A stretch of 64,000 bases of DNA from a virus. Its lineage: Duplodnaviria; Caudoviricetes. The stretch lies in IMG/VR virus record IMGVR_UViG_3300028591_000074, positions 189,528 to 253,527 of that record; one strand, 5' to 3'. Both the position numbers and the translations under genes were made by a program. Positions 21,810-31,801 of this stretch are shown here, piece by piece; within the stretch, counting starts at the first letter, position 1, and each line of letters starts with the position of its first letter. Under the pieces are notes generated by a model. It worked only from the letters and a program-made list of their open reading frames with translations. It made no database searches and was not told where the DNA came from.

Positions 21810-22514
21810 CTATTGATTAAATGGATGATCTGGTTCATGAAAAGATACAATAGATACACAATCCCCTGTTGACATATCTAAATCTAATTTAATATATATT
21901 TCCATATCAGTATGCATTATACCATCACGAGTAGTCCAATCTGAAACTTTATGAAATACAAGTAGGTCATCACCAAACCAATCATCATCAGCCCCATGCA
22001 TAGATTCAATGTAGTTATCTTCATAAGTAAGAGATTTCAAAACTTCCAGACATTCAGAAATCTTCAATTTACCACCAGAATCTAAAACATAATCACCATT
22101 CCTGTCCTTACGTCGGCATATAATTGTATTGCAAGTTTGCAACTGGCTAAGAAAAAATTTAACATCTGACTCATCTGTCAAAAATGTATAATCAGAATAC
22201 CATCGTTTCAAAATATCCAACTGATCTTTAAGTAAACGCTCTGGGCAAATACGATTTAACCTATGAAGTAATTCTCCATCTGTAATCATAGCAATATCAA
22301 GATCCGACAGCTTCATAAGATTTTCATCAGAAAGGCGCATAAGTGTTTTTTCATTATCCATCATATTAAAGGCTTCATTATCAATATCTTCAGTAGCAGA
22401 TATACTTCTTGGAAACATATTTACATTTTTACATAATTCAATATAAATAATCTGTTTTAATACATCCCTCAAATGAAGCTGTGATTGCATATTAGATTTT
22501 ACATAGATCTTCAT
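21810..22514 (-). CDS. MKIYVKS-leader protein with C-terminal MqsR-like RNase toxin domain
   Basis: LKSLTYED..LLVFHK..IYIKL..VSIVSFHE. Confidence 0.6.
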   Translation of the reverse strand: MKIYVKSNMQSQLHLRDVLKQIIYIELCKNVNMFPRSISATEDIDNEAFNMMDNEKTLMRLSDENLMKLSDLDIAMITDGELLHRLNRICPERLLKDQLDILKRWYSDYTFLTDESDVKFFLSQLQTCNTIICRRKDRNGDYVLDSGGKLKISECLEVLKSLTYEDNYIESMHGADDDWFGDDLLVFHKVSDWTTRDGIMHTDMEIYIKLDLDMSTGDCVSIVSFHEPDHPFNQ

Positions 22515-22516
22515 AG

Positions 22517-22720
22517 TCAATTTACCTCCATATTTCTATTCTTATAATAATCTATAGCAGTTATAATATATTTATTGACAGACATTCCATCAGACTTTGC
22601 AATCTCTTTCAATTTAGCATGTTCCCCATTTGGTAACATTATTGTAACCCGATCATATTTCCGCTTATTGTATTTATTCTGATAGGAAATCCTATCAAAT
22701 GTATTCTTTACATCTGACAT
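22517..22720 (-). CDS. Ribbon-helix-helix (Arc-like) regulator/antitoxin
   Basis: YNKRKYDRVTIMLPNG..MSVNKYI. Confidence 0.75.
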   Translation of the reverse strand: MSDVKNTFDRISYQNKYNKRKYDRVTIMLPNGEHAKLKEIAKSDGMSVNKYIITAIDYYKNRNMEVN

Positions 22721-22991
22721 ATCTTTCTACTCCTTATTATAATAGATATTTATAAATGTGTCAATAGATATTTATAAATTCACTAATTCTGACTGCTCCC
22801 ACGGGCAAGCCCGTGGTGTTCTGACTACCAAGTGTTGCTCGTAATCGTACATCATTTTCAGACTTTGGAGTTACAAGTATAAATCTGTTTGAATCAGGAC
22901 TTTCATTACCAAGCAGTCCAACGACCACATTAGCGGTAAATTTCTGTCTTGTAACAAGGACGTACAGTCAATCGCCCTGAATATTTAGTTG

Positions 22992-24602
22992 TTAAGCTAC
23001 TTTGATTCCACTGTTTAATACTTTAATCTTATTAGCCTTAATCCATGTGATTAGGGCTTTTTCTTTTGCGTAGCACCTATCAAAATCTATATTGCATTTC
23101 TCTTTGTTTATGTCGTTTGTTTTGTAATCATAGCAGTAAAGCAAAAATGATGAATACCAATCTCTTTGCACTAAAGTTCCATCTCGAAGTTTGTAAAGTC
23201 TATCGGATAATTTCTTTTTGATATAATCATCAGCCGTATGGTCGTACTGGCTTGCTCTATAATTGTTCGGTACTTCTATATATGCACCTCCTGAAACCTT
23301 GAATTTCTTTTCTACCGTGGTCTGGAATCCGCTTGGGCATCGGTTCTTTATGGATTTACCAAAACGCTTTTTCTTGTTGAATTTGCCTTTACTATTTTTA
23401 GTAGTTTCTTTGGCTCGTTTCATCAGCTTACTTGCATTTTTAGGCTCAGTTACAAAAACATTTCCAAGACTCCGTAAGTGATTTGCATCCTCATTTATAG
23501 CAAGCTGTCTGTTTACAGCGTTGATACGACATAATTCTGTATGTTTGGCTTTTAGTCTCTTATAATGATTTGAATATTTCCAGGTCTTACGACCTTTCTT
23601 AATAGTGCCATCATCATTATAGTTCTGTGGATTAGTGGCTCTTCTTGACCTGTCCATAGCCCTGTAATACAGTCTTTCCAAATGCTCCGATTTCTGTATG
23701 CTGTTGCCACGTTCCGAAAGATTCTTAAGACCAACTTCAGTATCAGATGTATAGGCAACTGTCTGTGTTCCAATATCAGCGCCTATTATGCCTTTACCAT
23801 ATTTATGTCTTGGATTACCGAATTTATCATATTTTGGTTTTGCCTTACCTTCTATGGTCAGATGCAGATATACTCTGTACTTGCCTCTGATAATCTTAGG
23901 TACGAGAGTAGCATAGCATGGTCTGTATGTGTCTATACAAATAGCTTCTTCTAAAAGAATATTTACCGCTTTTGCATCTATAATCTCAGGTTTGGTAAGA
24001 TATGACAGGACTGCATTCGCTTCATCCTGTTGAAACCTGTCGTTTAACTGCAATCCAAAAACTGTTTTTCCAAGTTTGAACCGTATCTTGTTATCCTTGA
24101 CAGATATTGGGATGCCACGGTTTATCTGCTTTGCCCTAATACATGGAAGTTCTCCGTATTGTGAGAAATGAATGCTTTTTCCGTTGCCATACAGACATTT
24201 CTCAATACCCCGCCATACGTCTTCGGCTTTAGTAAGAGCAAATATCGCATCAATGCCATATTTCTTGCCTATCGGTATCATGGATATACGACAAAAATCC
24301 CATGTGACGTTATATTTAGCCTGCATCTCGTTAAGTTGTCTGGCTAAATCTTTACGTTTATCCTTATCCTCAGTACCGCCATAAAGTTCACGCAATTTGC
24401 GATATTTCTTTGTACGCATAAGCTGGTCATGATTCTTTTTCATAAGACCTACAAGTTCATTGCCTGCTTTGCGGATCTTATCAGAAAGAGCCACAACCTT
24501 TATGACATCGGAATAAGACATATCTGTTTCTACAACTAAGATATGCCTGTCAGACAGCTTATGAAATTTCTTTAAAACTTTACTGTACTCCTCATCAGCC
24601 AT
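22992..24602 (-). CDS. tnpB: TnpB-family RNA-guided nuclease (long form)
   Basis: RuvC motifs GADIG, VTE, QRDWYSS; KRFGKSI. Confidence 0.85.
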   Translation of the reverse strand: MADEEYSKVLKKFHKLSDRHILVVETDMSYSDVIKVVALSDKIRKAGNELVGLMKKNHDQLMRTKKYRKLRELYGGTEDKDKRKDLARQLNEMQAKYNVTWDFCRISMIPIGKKYGIDAIFALTKAEDVWRGIEKCLYGNGKSIHFSQYGELPCIRAKQINRGIPISVKDNKIRFKLGKTVFGLQLNDRFQQDEANAVLSYLTKPEIIDAKAVNILLEEAICIDTYRPCYATLVPKIIRGKYRVYLHLTIEGKAKPKYDKFGNPRHKYGKGIIGADIGTQTVAYTSDTEVGLKNLSERGNSIQKSEHLERLYYRAMDRSRRATNPQNYNDDGTIKKGRKTWKYSNHYKRLKAKHTELCRINAVNRQLAINEDANHLRSLGNVFVTEPKNASKLMKRAKETTKNSKGKFNKKKRFGKSIKNRCPSGFQTTVEKKFKVSGGAYIEVPNNYRASQYDHTADDYIKKKLSDRLYKLRDGTLVQRDWYSSFLLYCYDYKTNDINKEKCNIDFDRCYAKEKALITWIKANKIKVLNSGIKVA

Positions 24603-25008
24603 GGTTTTTCTGTCCCTCTATGTATTTGATTACCGTTGCTTCGCTTATATGACCTACCGTTGATACAAAATATCCTCTTGACCATAATACGCCGCATCTT
24701 GTATAAAACTGTTTGAGTTGCGGGAATGCCTTAAAAAGCTCAATAGCGCATATACTTTTAAGAGTTCTTACTACATCGCACGGAGCGACTGTCTGCGGAA
24801 CATCCACGAATATATGTATATGGTCAGGCATCACTTCAAGTGCCTTAATGCGATAGTTATAATCATCGCAAATTCTTTGAAGTATCAGTTTAAGTGTATC
24901 CTCAACATCGCCTCTTAAAACTGAAAATCTAAATTTAGGACACCAGATGATATGATACTGTATCAGATATTTGCAATATGAAGCACTATGATATTGCTCC
25001 TCGCTCAT
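24595..25008 (-). CDS. tnpA: IS200 Y1 transposase TnpA
   Basis: YHIIWCPKFR, HUH motif DHIH, LWSRGYF, KYIEGQ. Confidence 0.95.
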   Translation of the reverse strand: MSEEQYHSASYCKYLIQYHIIWCPKFRFSVLRGDVEDTLKLILQRICDDYNYRIKALEVMPDHIHIFVDVPQTVAPCDVVRTLKSICAIELFKAFPQLKQFYTRCGVLWSRGYFVSTVGHISEATVIKYIEGQKNHG

Positions 25009-25183
25009 CGTCCTTAACTCCTAATTGATATTTTTCCTGAATACCCCTCCGCATTAGGTCAAGAAATGTTATTGTTTCGCCTTCCTCAACAGAATAGATA
25101 CGTGCAAGGTTTTCAAGCTGTGTCTTCCACTCAGAAGGAATGGAAATGTTAATCTGTACGTTGTCACTCTTTGGTCTTGCCAT
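24986..25183 (-). CDS. RHH-like small DNA-binding protein
   Basis: MARPKS..QINISIP. Confidence 0.6.
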   Translation of the reverse strand: MARPKSDNVQINISIPSEWKTQLENLARIYSVEEGETITFLDLMRRGIQEKYQLGVKDDERGAIS

Positions 25184-25187
25184 GAAT

Positions 25188-25640
25188 TTATCCTTTCTGC
25201 CACACCTTTAATAATTCACCTGCGGTAAAGTCAGGTTCTAACTCAAAATTTTTGAGCATTTCTTTTACCTGTTTTGCATCAAACTTATCGTCAGGACTCC
25301 AAGTGCCTTTTGCTATTTCAAAAGCCGTATCATCCATTGCCTTAACAAATGATTTATGTTCTTTCATCCATTGTTGAATATGCTTCTTTTTAGCAAGTTT
25401 TTCTTTGTCATTGCTTTTATCCCTTGTTTTGTAAGCATACGCAGAATAGGCTTTCTGTGCTGTTTTATATCCGTAGCCTTGTGCATCATCTAAAACTTCA
25501 CCTGTATCAGTTGATACGATACAAAACCGTGTTTCAGAAGTATCATAGGCAGGTTCATTATTCCAAGGTTCATCATTATCGACAACGGCATCATGATGAG
25601 TTGTGACTTTATATGGAACTGCTTTATATGTAGAACTCAT
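25188..25640 (-). CDS. Hypothetical protein (passenger within the IS ends)
   Basis: GEVLDDAQGYGYKTAQKA motif. Confidence 0.6.
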   Translation of the reverse strand: MSSTYKAVPYKVTTHHDAVVDNDEPWNNEPAYDTSETRFCIVSTDTGEVLDDAQGYGYKTAQKAYSAYAYKTRDKSNDKEKLAKKKHIQQWMKEHKSFVKAMDDTAFEIAKGTWSPDDKFDAKQVKEMLKNFELEPDFTAGELLKVWQKG

Positions 25641-25864
25641 GTATATCTTCCTTTCTAAAATATTTTATACATAGATTATATATTTGTTCTATGATAATGT
25701 CAAGTAAAAATTAAAACCATGTCGAAATATGGTTTATTGAGCAGTTGTCGCAAATACAGGCAGCTTTCATCCCACACGCAAGCGTGTGGGTTTTACGCCG
25801 CAATTTATAACGATTTAACAAAACTAAAAACACCCATGATATGTTCACAGGTGTTTTCATCAGA

Positions 25865-26131
25865 TTAATCCTCTGCGGTTTCTATGTTATCATCATACCG
25901 TTTCATAATTTCTTGGAGAACTTTTGCGTGATTAAGTTCATCAGAAATAATTTCACGAACATGATCCACCGCATCAGTGTCACCTTTAGATTCCAAGAAT
26001 GGAATTAATTTCTGATATCCTTCAATGGCATCCCACTCACCTTCGATATTGATAGCAATTTGCGCAGCTACTGTCTGATCATCATTTACGTCAAAGACTA
26101 AACCATCAGATGCTTTTATATATCGTTTCAT
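25865..26131 (-). CDS. MKRYIKA-leader ferritin-like protein
   Basis: EWDAIEGY..EIISDELNH (ExxH); paralog of 60222-60494. Confidence 0.7.
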   Translation of the reverse strand: MKRYIKASDGLVFDVNDDQTVAAQIAINIEGEWDAIEGYQKLIPFLESKGDTDAVDHVREIISDELNHAKVLQEIMKRYDDNIETAED

Positions 26132-26147
26132 ATCAATATGCCCCCAA

Positions 26148-26369
26148 CTAAATCTTGTAATTTGTATATTCTACTTCCATGCTGGAATTATTTACTTCTC
26201 CGCAATATGGACAAATATCATAAGACATATCTTTAAAACCAGAAATCTGTGTTTCCATTTCCTGTTTATATAGCTTATGACAATTTGGACATGTTACCTT
26301 TTCAAAGTAATAAGATACACCTTGTTCCGATAATTCCTGTTCAATAAGTAATTCAGAAACTCTACCCAT
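26148..26369 (-). CDS. Zn-ribbon protein
   Basis: CPNC..CPYC. Confidence 0.65.
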   Translation of the reverse strand: MGRVSELLIEQELSEQGVSYYFEKVTCPNCHKLYKQEMETQISGFKDMSYDICPYCGEVNNSSMEVEYTNYKI

Positions 26370-26499
26370 ATATACTCCCCCAATCTAGAATGTAGTTTAT
26401 TATAATATCATGTTAATAAATTATCTTTTACAGTAATCAAATCACTATAGAAATCATATAAATAACCATTATGTTTGAAAAAAAATAAGTATGTAGTAA

Positions 26500-26760
26500 T
26501 TATTCAAAACTTATTTCTTTCAAGATATGTTCTTCGTGTGTATCAAAATCATATGAAGTAACTATCAATTTGCTATATAATTCCTGAGACACAACATAAC
26601 CATATTCTGAATCATCTGTAAGCATATCTATATATTCATTTACTTCAGACATATTTCGGAATTGCTGTATTGAGTCTATCTCGCCAGACTTATCATATAG
26701 TGTCACATCATATAGAATTGTCGGCAAATATCCAGAATTTGATTTCACATATCGTTTCAT
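26500..26760 (-). CDS. MKRYVKS-leader protein
   Basis: Leader plus GGAGG RBS. Confidence 0.7.
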   Translation of the reverse strand: MKRYVKSNSGYLPTILYDVTLYDKSGEIDSIQQFRNMSEVNEYIDMLTDDSEYGYVVSQELYSKLIVTSYDFDTHEEHILKEISFE

Positions 26761-26770
26761 AATACACCTC

Positions 26771-27076
26771 CTATGTCAATAAATTATCTTTTACAGTAAT
26801 TAGATCATCATGTACTTCTGTAAGTGTTTCTACAGATACATTTGGATTACTAAGTACCGAAATATCTTTATCTAATAATTCGTCTATCTGTGAAGATTTA
26901 AACCGGATTGAATCATTACTTAATTTTTGATCAGCATATTCTTTTCCGCTTTCAAGTAATGTGATTGCATAGAAAAGTCCCTTTACGAACCATGTTTCCG
27001 CTACACGGTTAGAATGTTCAAAATCTTCAAGTTTTGCCTTTAGTTGACAGATTGCTTCGTTGGTTTCATAATACAT
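26771..27076 (-). CDS. Hypothetical protein
   Basis: GGGGGG RBS, then MYYE. Confidence 0.55.
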   Translation of the reverse strand: MYYETNEAICQLKAKLEDFEHSNRVAETWFVKGLFYAITLLESGKEYADQKLSNDSIRFKSSQIDELLDKDISVLSNPNVSVETLTEVHDDLITVKDNLLT

Positions 27077-27144
27077 TTTTGTATTCCCCCCAATCAAAAT
27101 ATAATTTCCTACAATTTAATCTGCAAGTGCACTTTCAACAATAT

Positions 27145-28080
27145 TTATTCTCTATAACTTACACGCAGCGAACAAACTGGACATCCATCACTTGCTTGGA
27201 AAATCTCGATAAAGTCGGGATCATCCCACTGAATTTCTACATCAGAAAACTTTGTATTTCTATTGAAGTATCCCACTGTATCCTTAAGATAGTTGAACAG
27301 TTCTTCTTCAGTTGTATCATCTGAAATCCAAATCTTCTCTTCTACAACTGTTTGGTCATTTACTTCCCAACCATCTTCTTCGTTACCCCATACATCGAAG
27401 TAATCAATGAGATCAAAATATTTTCCGGGATCATTATGACCTACGCAGTTGATTATTGTTGAAGAATTGACATATTTATCATAACTAAAATCTTTCGGTT
27501 GTTTCTCTTTTGCCATATCTAAATAATGATCTGCTTTTTTAAGATCACCATTCGAAAAGAAGTCTATAATCTTCTCTGCCCAACGAATTGGTACAGGAAA
27601 ATAATCACCGGATCTATCCGTATAAAGAACATACCCATCATCTAAATAACGCATAGTGCAAAAATTATCACTATAGTACAATTCATCACGTTTGTAATCA
27701 TTATGACCTACGCAGTTGATATTAACAGCTGATTCTACAGAAGAACCATTTTCAAATTCATCTGCTTTAAGAACATATTCGTCAATAAGGTCTTGAACAT
27801 TATTTGGACGAATTTGACTATCAATGGCACGTACATCATCAAGAACAAGATCGAAGTAATCTTTCCCATAACGATCATAAACATCCTTAAACTCCGGAAG
27901 TAACTTATCTGCCGGAATACCTGCATTATAAAGTGTATCTGCGATGTCAACAAGTTTTTCATGTTCATCTGTAAGATATGATCTGCTAACATCAGCGTAA
28001 TCACGAAGAATTACCAATTCACTTACAAGATCATAAGGAATTTTGCGTGAGTCACTAGAAGCCTTTACATACTTTCTCAT
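27145..28080 (-). CDS. MRKYVKA-leader multi-module acidic protein
   Basis: Leader; two INCVGHND linkers separate three modules. Confidence 0.7.
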   Translation of the reverse strand: MRKYVKASSDSRKIPYDLVSELVILRDYADVSRSYLTDEHEKLVDIADTLYNAGIPADKLLPEFKDVYDRYGKDYFDLVLDDVRAIDSQIRPNNVQDLIDEYVLKADEFENGSSVESAVNINCVGHNDYKRDELYYSDNFCTMRYLDDGYVLYTDRSGDYFPVPIRWAEKIIDFFSNGDLKKADHYLDMAKEKQPKDFSYDKYVNSSTIINCVGHNDPGKYFDLIDYFDVWGNEEDGWEVNDQTVVEEKIWISDDTTEEELFNYLKDTVGYFNRNTKFSDVEIQWDDPDFIEIFQASDGCPVCSLRVSYRE

Positions 28081-28107
28081 AATATTATCTCCTTCACAGT
28101 ATTTTAA

Positions 28108-29067
28108 TCACGATTTGAAATATAAGAATGGAAACTCATACCACCATACATGGTCAATATTATCAATAAATCTGCTAATCATAGATTTATTATCTAAATG
28201 ATCTACGATCCATTTAGAAACATCATTTACTCGGAGATACAGATCATCAAGATTATGACCATGACCGTGATGGTCAATATCTTCCGGCTTCATATACTTT
28301 TTTACATAATCAAAAACTTCATCTACATGGATAACTGTATCATCCGGTAAATCTGTAATTCTTGCAACATCTGTGGAAGATTTAACTGCATACTTTCCGT
28401 ATTTACGGGCAATAGAATGTTCCATAGTTTCCCCATTTGCGAGTATATCATATTCTTCTTTTGTAAGATAAACGCCCTTTCCGGAATTAGTTACGCCATA
28501 ATAATAAGGGAGACCTTGTGAAATATTGTATTTCTTCTCAAAATCAATGGTTTCACCATCATACATAATAGGGTTTGTTCCATCAATATCGTCATCACGA
28601 TACAACACGTACCCGGAACCGTCATCAATAATCTTTCCACCATATGAAAGATATCTTACACCATTGTCTAACAAATTCTGAAGATCAATAACAATAGTAG
28701 ATGCCTTTACATATTTCTTCATATTACTATCTCTCCTTATATTACTCGAAGCCTTTATATTTTTCGGATTACTTAATATGTATTCCTGAATACTATTCAA
28801 TGATGTATTAGTATCAAATTTCCATGTAGGATTGCCAGTATGAGAATTCCAACCATAAGAATCTGTTTCTGCATCTTGAATAAATTTATTATATTTTCTT
28901 CTCGCAGAAGACTTGTTGGATGTAGTTAATTCATCTACCGGATTACCTACAGAACCATCTGAATTTAACATTCCAATCCAAATATTATATGTTCCATAGT
29001 CATTCACATCTACTTCTATATAATATTTACCGTATTCTGCACTTTGTATAAAAAACCAATTTTGCAT
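28108..29067 (-). CDS. Multi-module protein with internal MKKYVKA start at 28722
   Basis: AAGGAG RBS before the in-frame internal ATG. Confidence 0.65.
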   Translation of the reverse strand: MQNWFFIQSAEYGKYYIEVDVNDYGTYNIWIGMLNSDGSVGNPVDELTTSNKSSARRKYNKFIQDAETDSYGWNSHTGNPTWKFDTNTSLNSIQEYILSNPKNIKASSNIRRDSNMKKYVKASTIVIDLQNLLDNGVRYLSYGGKIIDDGSGYVLYRDDDIDGTNPIMYDGETIDFEKKYNISQGLPYYYGVTNSGKGVYLTKEEYDILANGETMEHSIARKYGKYAVKSSTDVARITDLPDDTVIHVDEVFDYVKKYMKPEDIDHHGHGHNLDDLYLRVNDVSKWIVDHLDNKSMISRFIDNIDHVWWYEFPFLYFKS

Positions 29068-29071
29068 AGGA

Positions 29072-29416
29072 TTACCTCATACCATTAGTATTGTAATATT
29101 TATCACCGTGATCATCTAACCAATCAAAAATTTCTGAAAAGAAGTTCCTCGTTTTAGTGCTAGATTCAGCTTCCGTCCAATATTCTGCTGAATGAGCATC
29201 CATCCATTCATTTGTCCACGGTTCTTCGTCATCAAAATCCCTCGCATATGTCGGATCATCATCTACAATTACAAGATCATGATATGGATATATACTAGCC
29301 ATAAAAAATTTTCCATTTTTCAATGCCCCAATGAATGTATCACCATTATTCTCAATCCATTTAATATCATCTTTAGTATAAGTAGTCTGGTTTGAACATC
29401 TTATATATCTTTTCAT
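29072..29416 (-). CDS. MKRYIRC-leader protein
   Basis: Leader plus RBS. Confidence 0.7.
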   Translation of the reverse strand: MKRYIRCSNQTTYTKDDIKWIENNGDTFIGALKNGKFFMASIYPYHDLVIVDDDPTYARDFDDEEPWTNEWMDAHSAEYWTEAESSTKTRNFFSEIFDWLDDHGDKYYNTNGMR

Positions 29417-29448
29417 AATTACCTGTCTCCTTTGTATTATATAAAAAT

Positions 29449-29640
29449 TTATTCTGATTTAAGCACCTTAAAATCCCAATAGGAATCTATAGGCTGTCTT
29501 GTGCATCTAAGTTCTTTTTCAACATAATCCGGTGGAAGAATTAAATCATCAAATACTCTTTCGGCATAACTTCTATTGTCAGTTACAAAGCATACCCATT
29601 CAAAATCATCTTGGGCGATAAATACGATAAAATAATTCAT
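29449..29640 (-). CDS. Hypothetical protein
   Basis: 63-aa ORF within the cluster. Confidence 0.55.
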   Translation of the reverse strand: MNYFIVFIAQDDFEWVCFVTDNRSYAERVFDDLILPPDYVEKELRCTRQPIDSYWDFKVLKSE

Positions 29641-29649
29641 AGTATATAC

Positions 29650-29874
29650 CTACTTTCTAAAATCATCTGGAGTAAATACAACGAAATTCCAGAAAAATTC
29701 AATGTAACCATCATCTAAAAGTTCGTCCATCTCCTCAAATGTTGCAAAAACAACTACTCTGCGTTTATCTTTGAGCATAACATCCCAAAATGTTCTGCCA
29801 TCATCAAAATAAGGATATTCACTGTTACTTAAAGCAGCTTTGACTGGTTTTAATAGTTTCTTCACTTTAGACAC
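29650..29874 (-). CDS. Hypothetical protein (leader-like KPVKAA)
   Basis: First gene after AACCTT and AATCGTTATA motifs. Confidence 0.5.
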   Translation of the reverse strand: MSKVKKLLKPVKAALSNSEYPYFDDGRTFWDVMLKDKRRVVVFATFEEMDELLDDGYIEFFWNFVVFTPDDFRK

Positions 29875-29945
29875 CTCTATATACTATAACGATTCACAAG
29901 CCTATATTACTATTAAAGGTTAAACTAAAAATAGAACTCAGCAGT

Positions 29946-30122
29946 TTAATTGTTGAGTTCTATTTCTAATACAAAAGAATCTTTCTGTACAGTTGTAAGT
30001 GCATTTGCTACTCCATCAAAACTTGGTTCTAACCGTTGTTCGAGATAGATTCCAGGAGTACGGTCTGATGGATTTTCTGGGTTTCTGCCACGCATAGCAC
30101 ATGAAAAATATAATTTAGTCAT
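29946..30122 (-). CDS. Free-standing C5-MTase TRD-like module 18
   Basis: CAMRGRNPENPSDR..EQRLE..ANALTTVQKD. Confidence 0.7.
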   Translation of the reverse strand: MTKLYFSCAMRGRNPENPSDRTPGIYLEQRLEPSFDGVANALTTVQKDSFVLEIELNN

Positions 30123-30123
30123 C

Positions 30124-30249
30124 TCAATCACCAAAATAGATCACAAGAAAATCCATTCTACCAGAACGAAAAGCTGGTGCATAGTCATTATAGAATCTTG
30201 CGTTTCTGACCGTTGCATATGTATCATCAACTATCCACATCTGAATCAT
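30124..30249 (-). CDS. TRD-like module 17
   Basis: Manual: MIQMWIVDDTYATVRNARFYNDYAPAFRSGRMDFLVIYFGD. Confidence 0.55.
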   Translation of the reverse strand: MIQMWIVDDTYATVRNARFYNDYAPAFRSGRMDFLVIYFGD

Positions 30250-30440
30250 CTATCACAACCCCAACTATCATCTACTTGTATCACAACCATTGGAACTCTG
30301 CCACCGCCTTGAGAAGTTGTCAATGATGGACAAAAATAAGCTGGATCCCAAACATTTCCGGCATACCCGGTTCCAAACTCTTCATTATATATATTAGCAA
30401 GTTTCCTTACATTGAATTCCAATACCTTTCCACCATTCAT
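30246..30440 (-). CDS. TRD-like module 16
   Basis: GYAGNVWDPAYFCPSLTTSQGGGRVPMV. Confidence 0.75.
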   Translation of the reverse strand: MNGGKVLEFNVRKLANIYNEEFGTGYAGNVWDPAYFCPSLTTSQGGGRVPMVVIQVDDSWGCDR

Positions 30441-30594
30441 ACACTGCAACATTTGCAAATCCATACCCATGTCCTGCACCACCATAAACAATAGCCGGAA
30501 ATATTCCATCAGTATTGACAACAATACCTCCTTCGGAATTACCTGTGCTATAATTACATATTGTTATTATTCTGTTCGTATCTTGATTTATCAC
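30394..30594 (-). CDS. TRD-like module 15
   Basis: EGGIVVNTDGIFPAIVYGG. Confidence 0.55.
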   Translation of the reverse strand: MINQDTNRIITICNYSTGNSEGGIVVNTDGIFPAIVYGGAGHGYGFANVAVYEWWKGIGIQCKETC

Positions 30595-30726
30595 AAATAA
30601 GTACCGCCGTTACAGTTCCATGATTTTCTTTGACACATGGCGCAACCCCCCCCCACCCACAGAAACAATTCTTGAAGCATCATGGTTGCTGAACATATAA
30701 TTTCCTAAAATGATAATTTCATTCAT
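30554..30726 (-). CDS. TRD-like module 14, out of frame at G9 tract (30646-30654)
   Basis: MNEIIILGNY..HDASRIVSVG[G9]VAPCVKENHGTVTAVLI; needs G7 or G10. Confidence 0.7.
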
Positions 30727-30883
30727 CTTCACACCAAACTAATACAAATGGTTTATTCCCACCACCCTGCATGGTTAATATCGTAGGAGCTAAACCATTT
30801 GGATCATATAAATCTCCGCGTCCACCAGTAAAATTTGTAGGATTATTGTAAACGAACCCTAACCGAATTATAGAATCATTCAT
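30719..30883 (-). CDS. TRD-like module 13
   Basis: Manual: MNDSIIRLGF..GDLYDPNGLAPTILTMQGGGNKPFVLV. Confidence 0.8.
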   Translation of the reverse strand: MNDSIIRLGFVYNNPTNFTGGRGDLYDPNGLAPTILTMQGGGNKPFVLVWCEDE

Positions 30884-31039
30884 CTTCATCTCTTACCAAA
30901 ATAAATAATTTTGCACCAGTTATAATTGTGGTCATCAATGAAGGGCAAATTCCTCCAGAATCATAGGTAGATCCATCATATCCGGCTTTACATTTACCGG
31001 ATACCCCCCCCCTAAGAATATGATCTTAAAATTATCCAT
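30876..31039 (-). CDS. TRD-like module 12, out of frame at G9 tract (31004-31012)
   Basis: MDNFKIIFL[G9]VSGKCKAGYDGSTYDSGGICPSLMTT; needs G7 or G10. Confidence 0.7.
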
Positions 31040-31206
31040 CACTCACCACAACCCTTATCGGAGTTTTGAAATCTCTTGCACATAGACTTGGAGATACCAC
31101 CCCCCCCCGATGAATAAATATAACACCATTGATGCATTTTTCCACTATCATTCTCCGGAAGAAGTAATCCAACTGCCAATATTTCGTTTTGTTCAGATAA
31201 TATCAT
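31032..31206 (-). CDS. TRD-like module 11, out of frame at G9 tract (31100-31108)
   Basis: ..KMHQWCYIYSS[G9]VVSPSLCARDFKTPIRVVV; needs G8 or G11. Confidence 0.7.
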
Positions 31207-31253
31207 TGAATCTTCTTTCTGTATTTTTCGTTCCGTACCATTACTTCATGAGC

Positions 31254-31799
31254 CTAAGATATGATTTTGTCAATCTTTTCAAATGCAAAAATATAAGATT
31301 CGAACTTTTCTCCATTAACAAGAATTTGATCTCGCATAGGTTTGGTTTCTAATCCACCAAGCCTATCAGATAGTTTCTGTTCTTGTTTTTTCTTCTCCTT
31401 CTCAGAATGATCAGTTCTATGTGCCGTATGCGTAGCAATTCTAAGCGTGAAATCAAAATCAATGATAACTAATCCATCTTTAGATTTAGCAAGCATTCCG
31501 AGATAATCAGAATAATAATCAGATTCATTCTTATAGTACACTTCCATCTTATAAAAGCGTTCAGCTAATTCAACTATAGAATCTATAAAATTATGATACC
31601 GTTCGATTTCTTCTTCGGTGTATTCAGACTTAGGTTCACCCGAAATAACAGAACCATCCGGAACATTTACATCTTTATAAGTTGTTGCGGCAATATTAGT
31701 ATCGGTATCCCCATCAAATTCAATATTAACAATAACATTTACATGTGTTGTTGTAGGTTCAGCATCTGTCGTTTCTTCAGTTTTAATATATCGTTTCAT
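31254..31799 (-). CDS. MKRYIKT-leader protein
   Basis: Leader; LRIATH motif. Confidence 0.65.
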   Translation of the reverse strand: MKRYIKTEETTDAEPTTTHVNVIVNIEFDGDTDTNIAATTYKDVNVPDGSVISGEPKSEYTEEEIERYHNFIDSIVELAERFYKMEVYYKNESDYYSDYLGMLAKSKDGLVIIDFDFTLRIATHTAHRTDHSEKEKKKQEQKLSDRLGGLETKPMRDQILVNGEKFESYIFAFEKIDKIIS

Positions 31800-31801
31800 A
31801 A

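Larger units (their letters stand above)
22789..25806 (-). mobile_element. IS200/IS605-family element (tnpA + tnpB + two extra ORFs)
   Basis: Subterminal hairpins CCACGGGC-AA-GCCCGTGG (about 22799-22816) and CCCACACGC-AA-GCGTGTGGG (25771-25790); ends approximate. Confidence 0.75.

Noticed and set aside
31200-31256. TAG recoding suggested by a coding-like continuation after the TAG of 31254
   Set aside because: Many genes end cleanly in TAG, long ORFs are uninterrupted, and no suppressor tRNA is seen; more likely a single nonsense change or chance.
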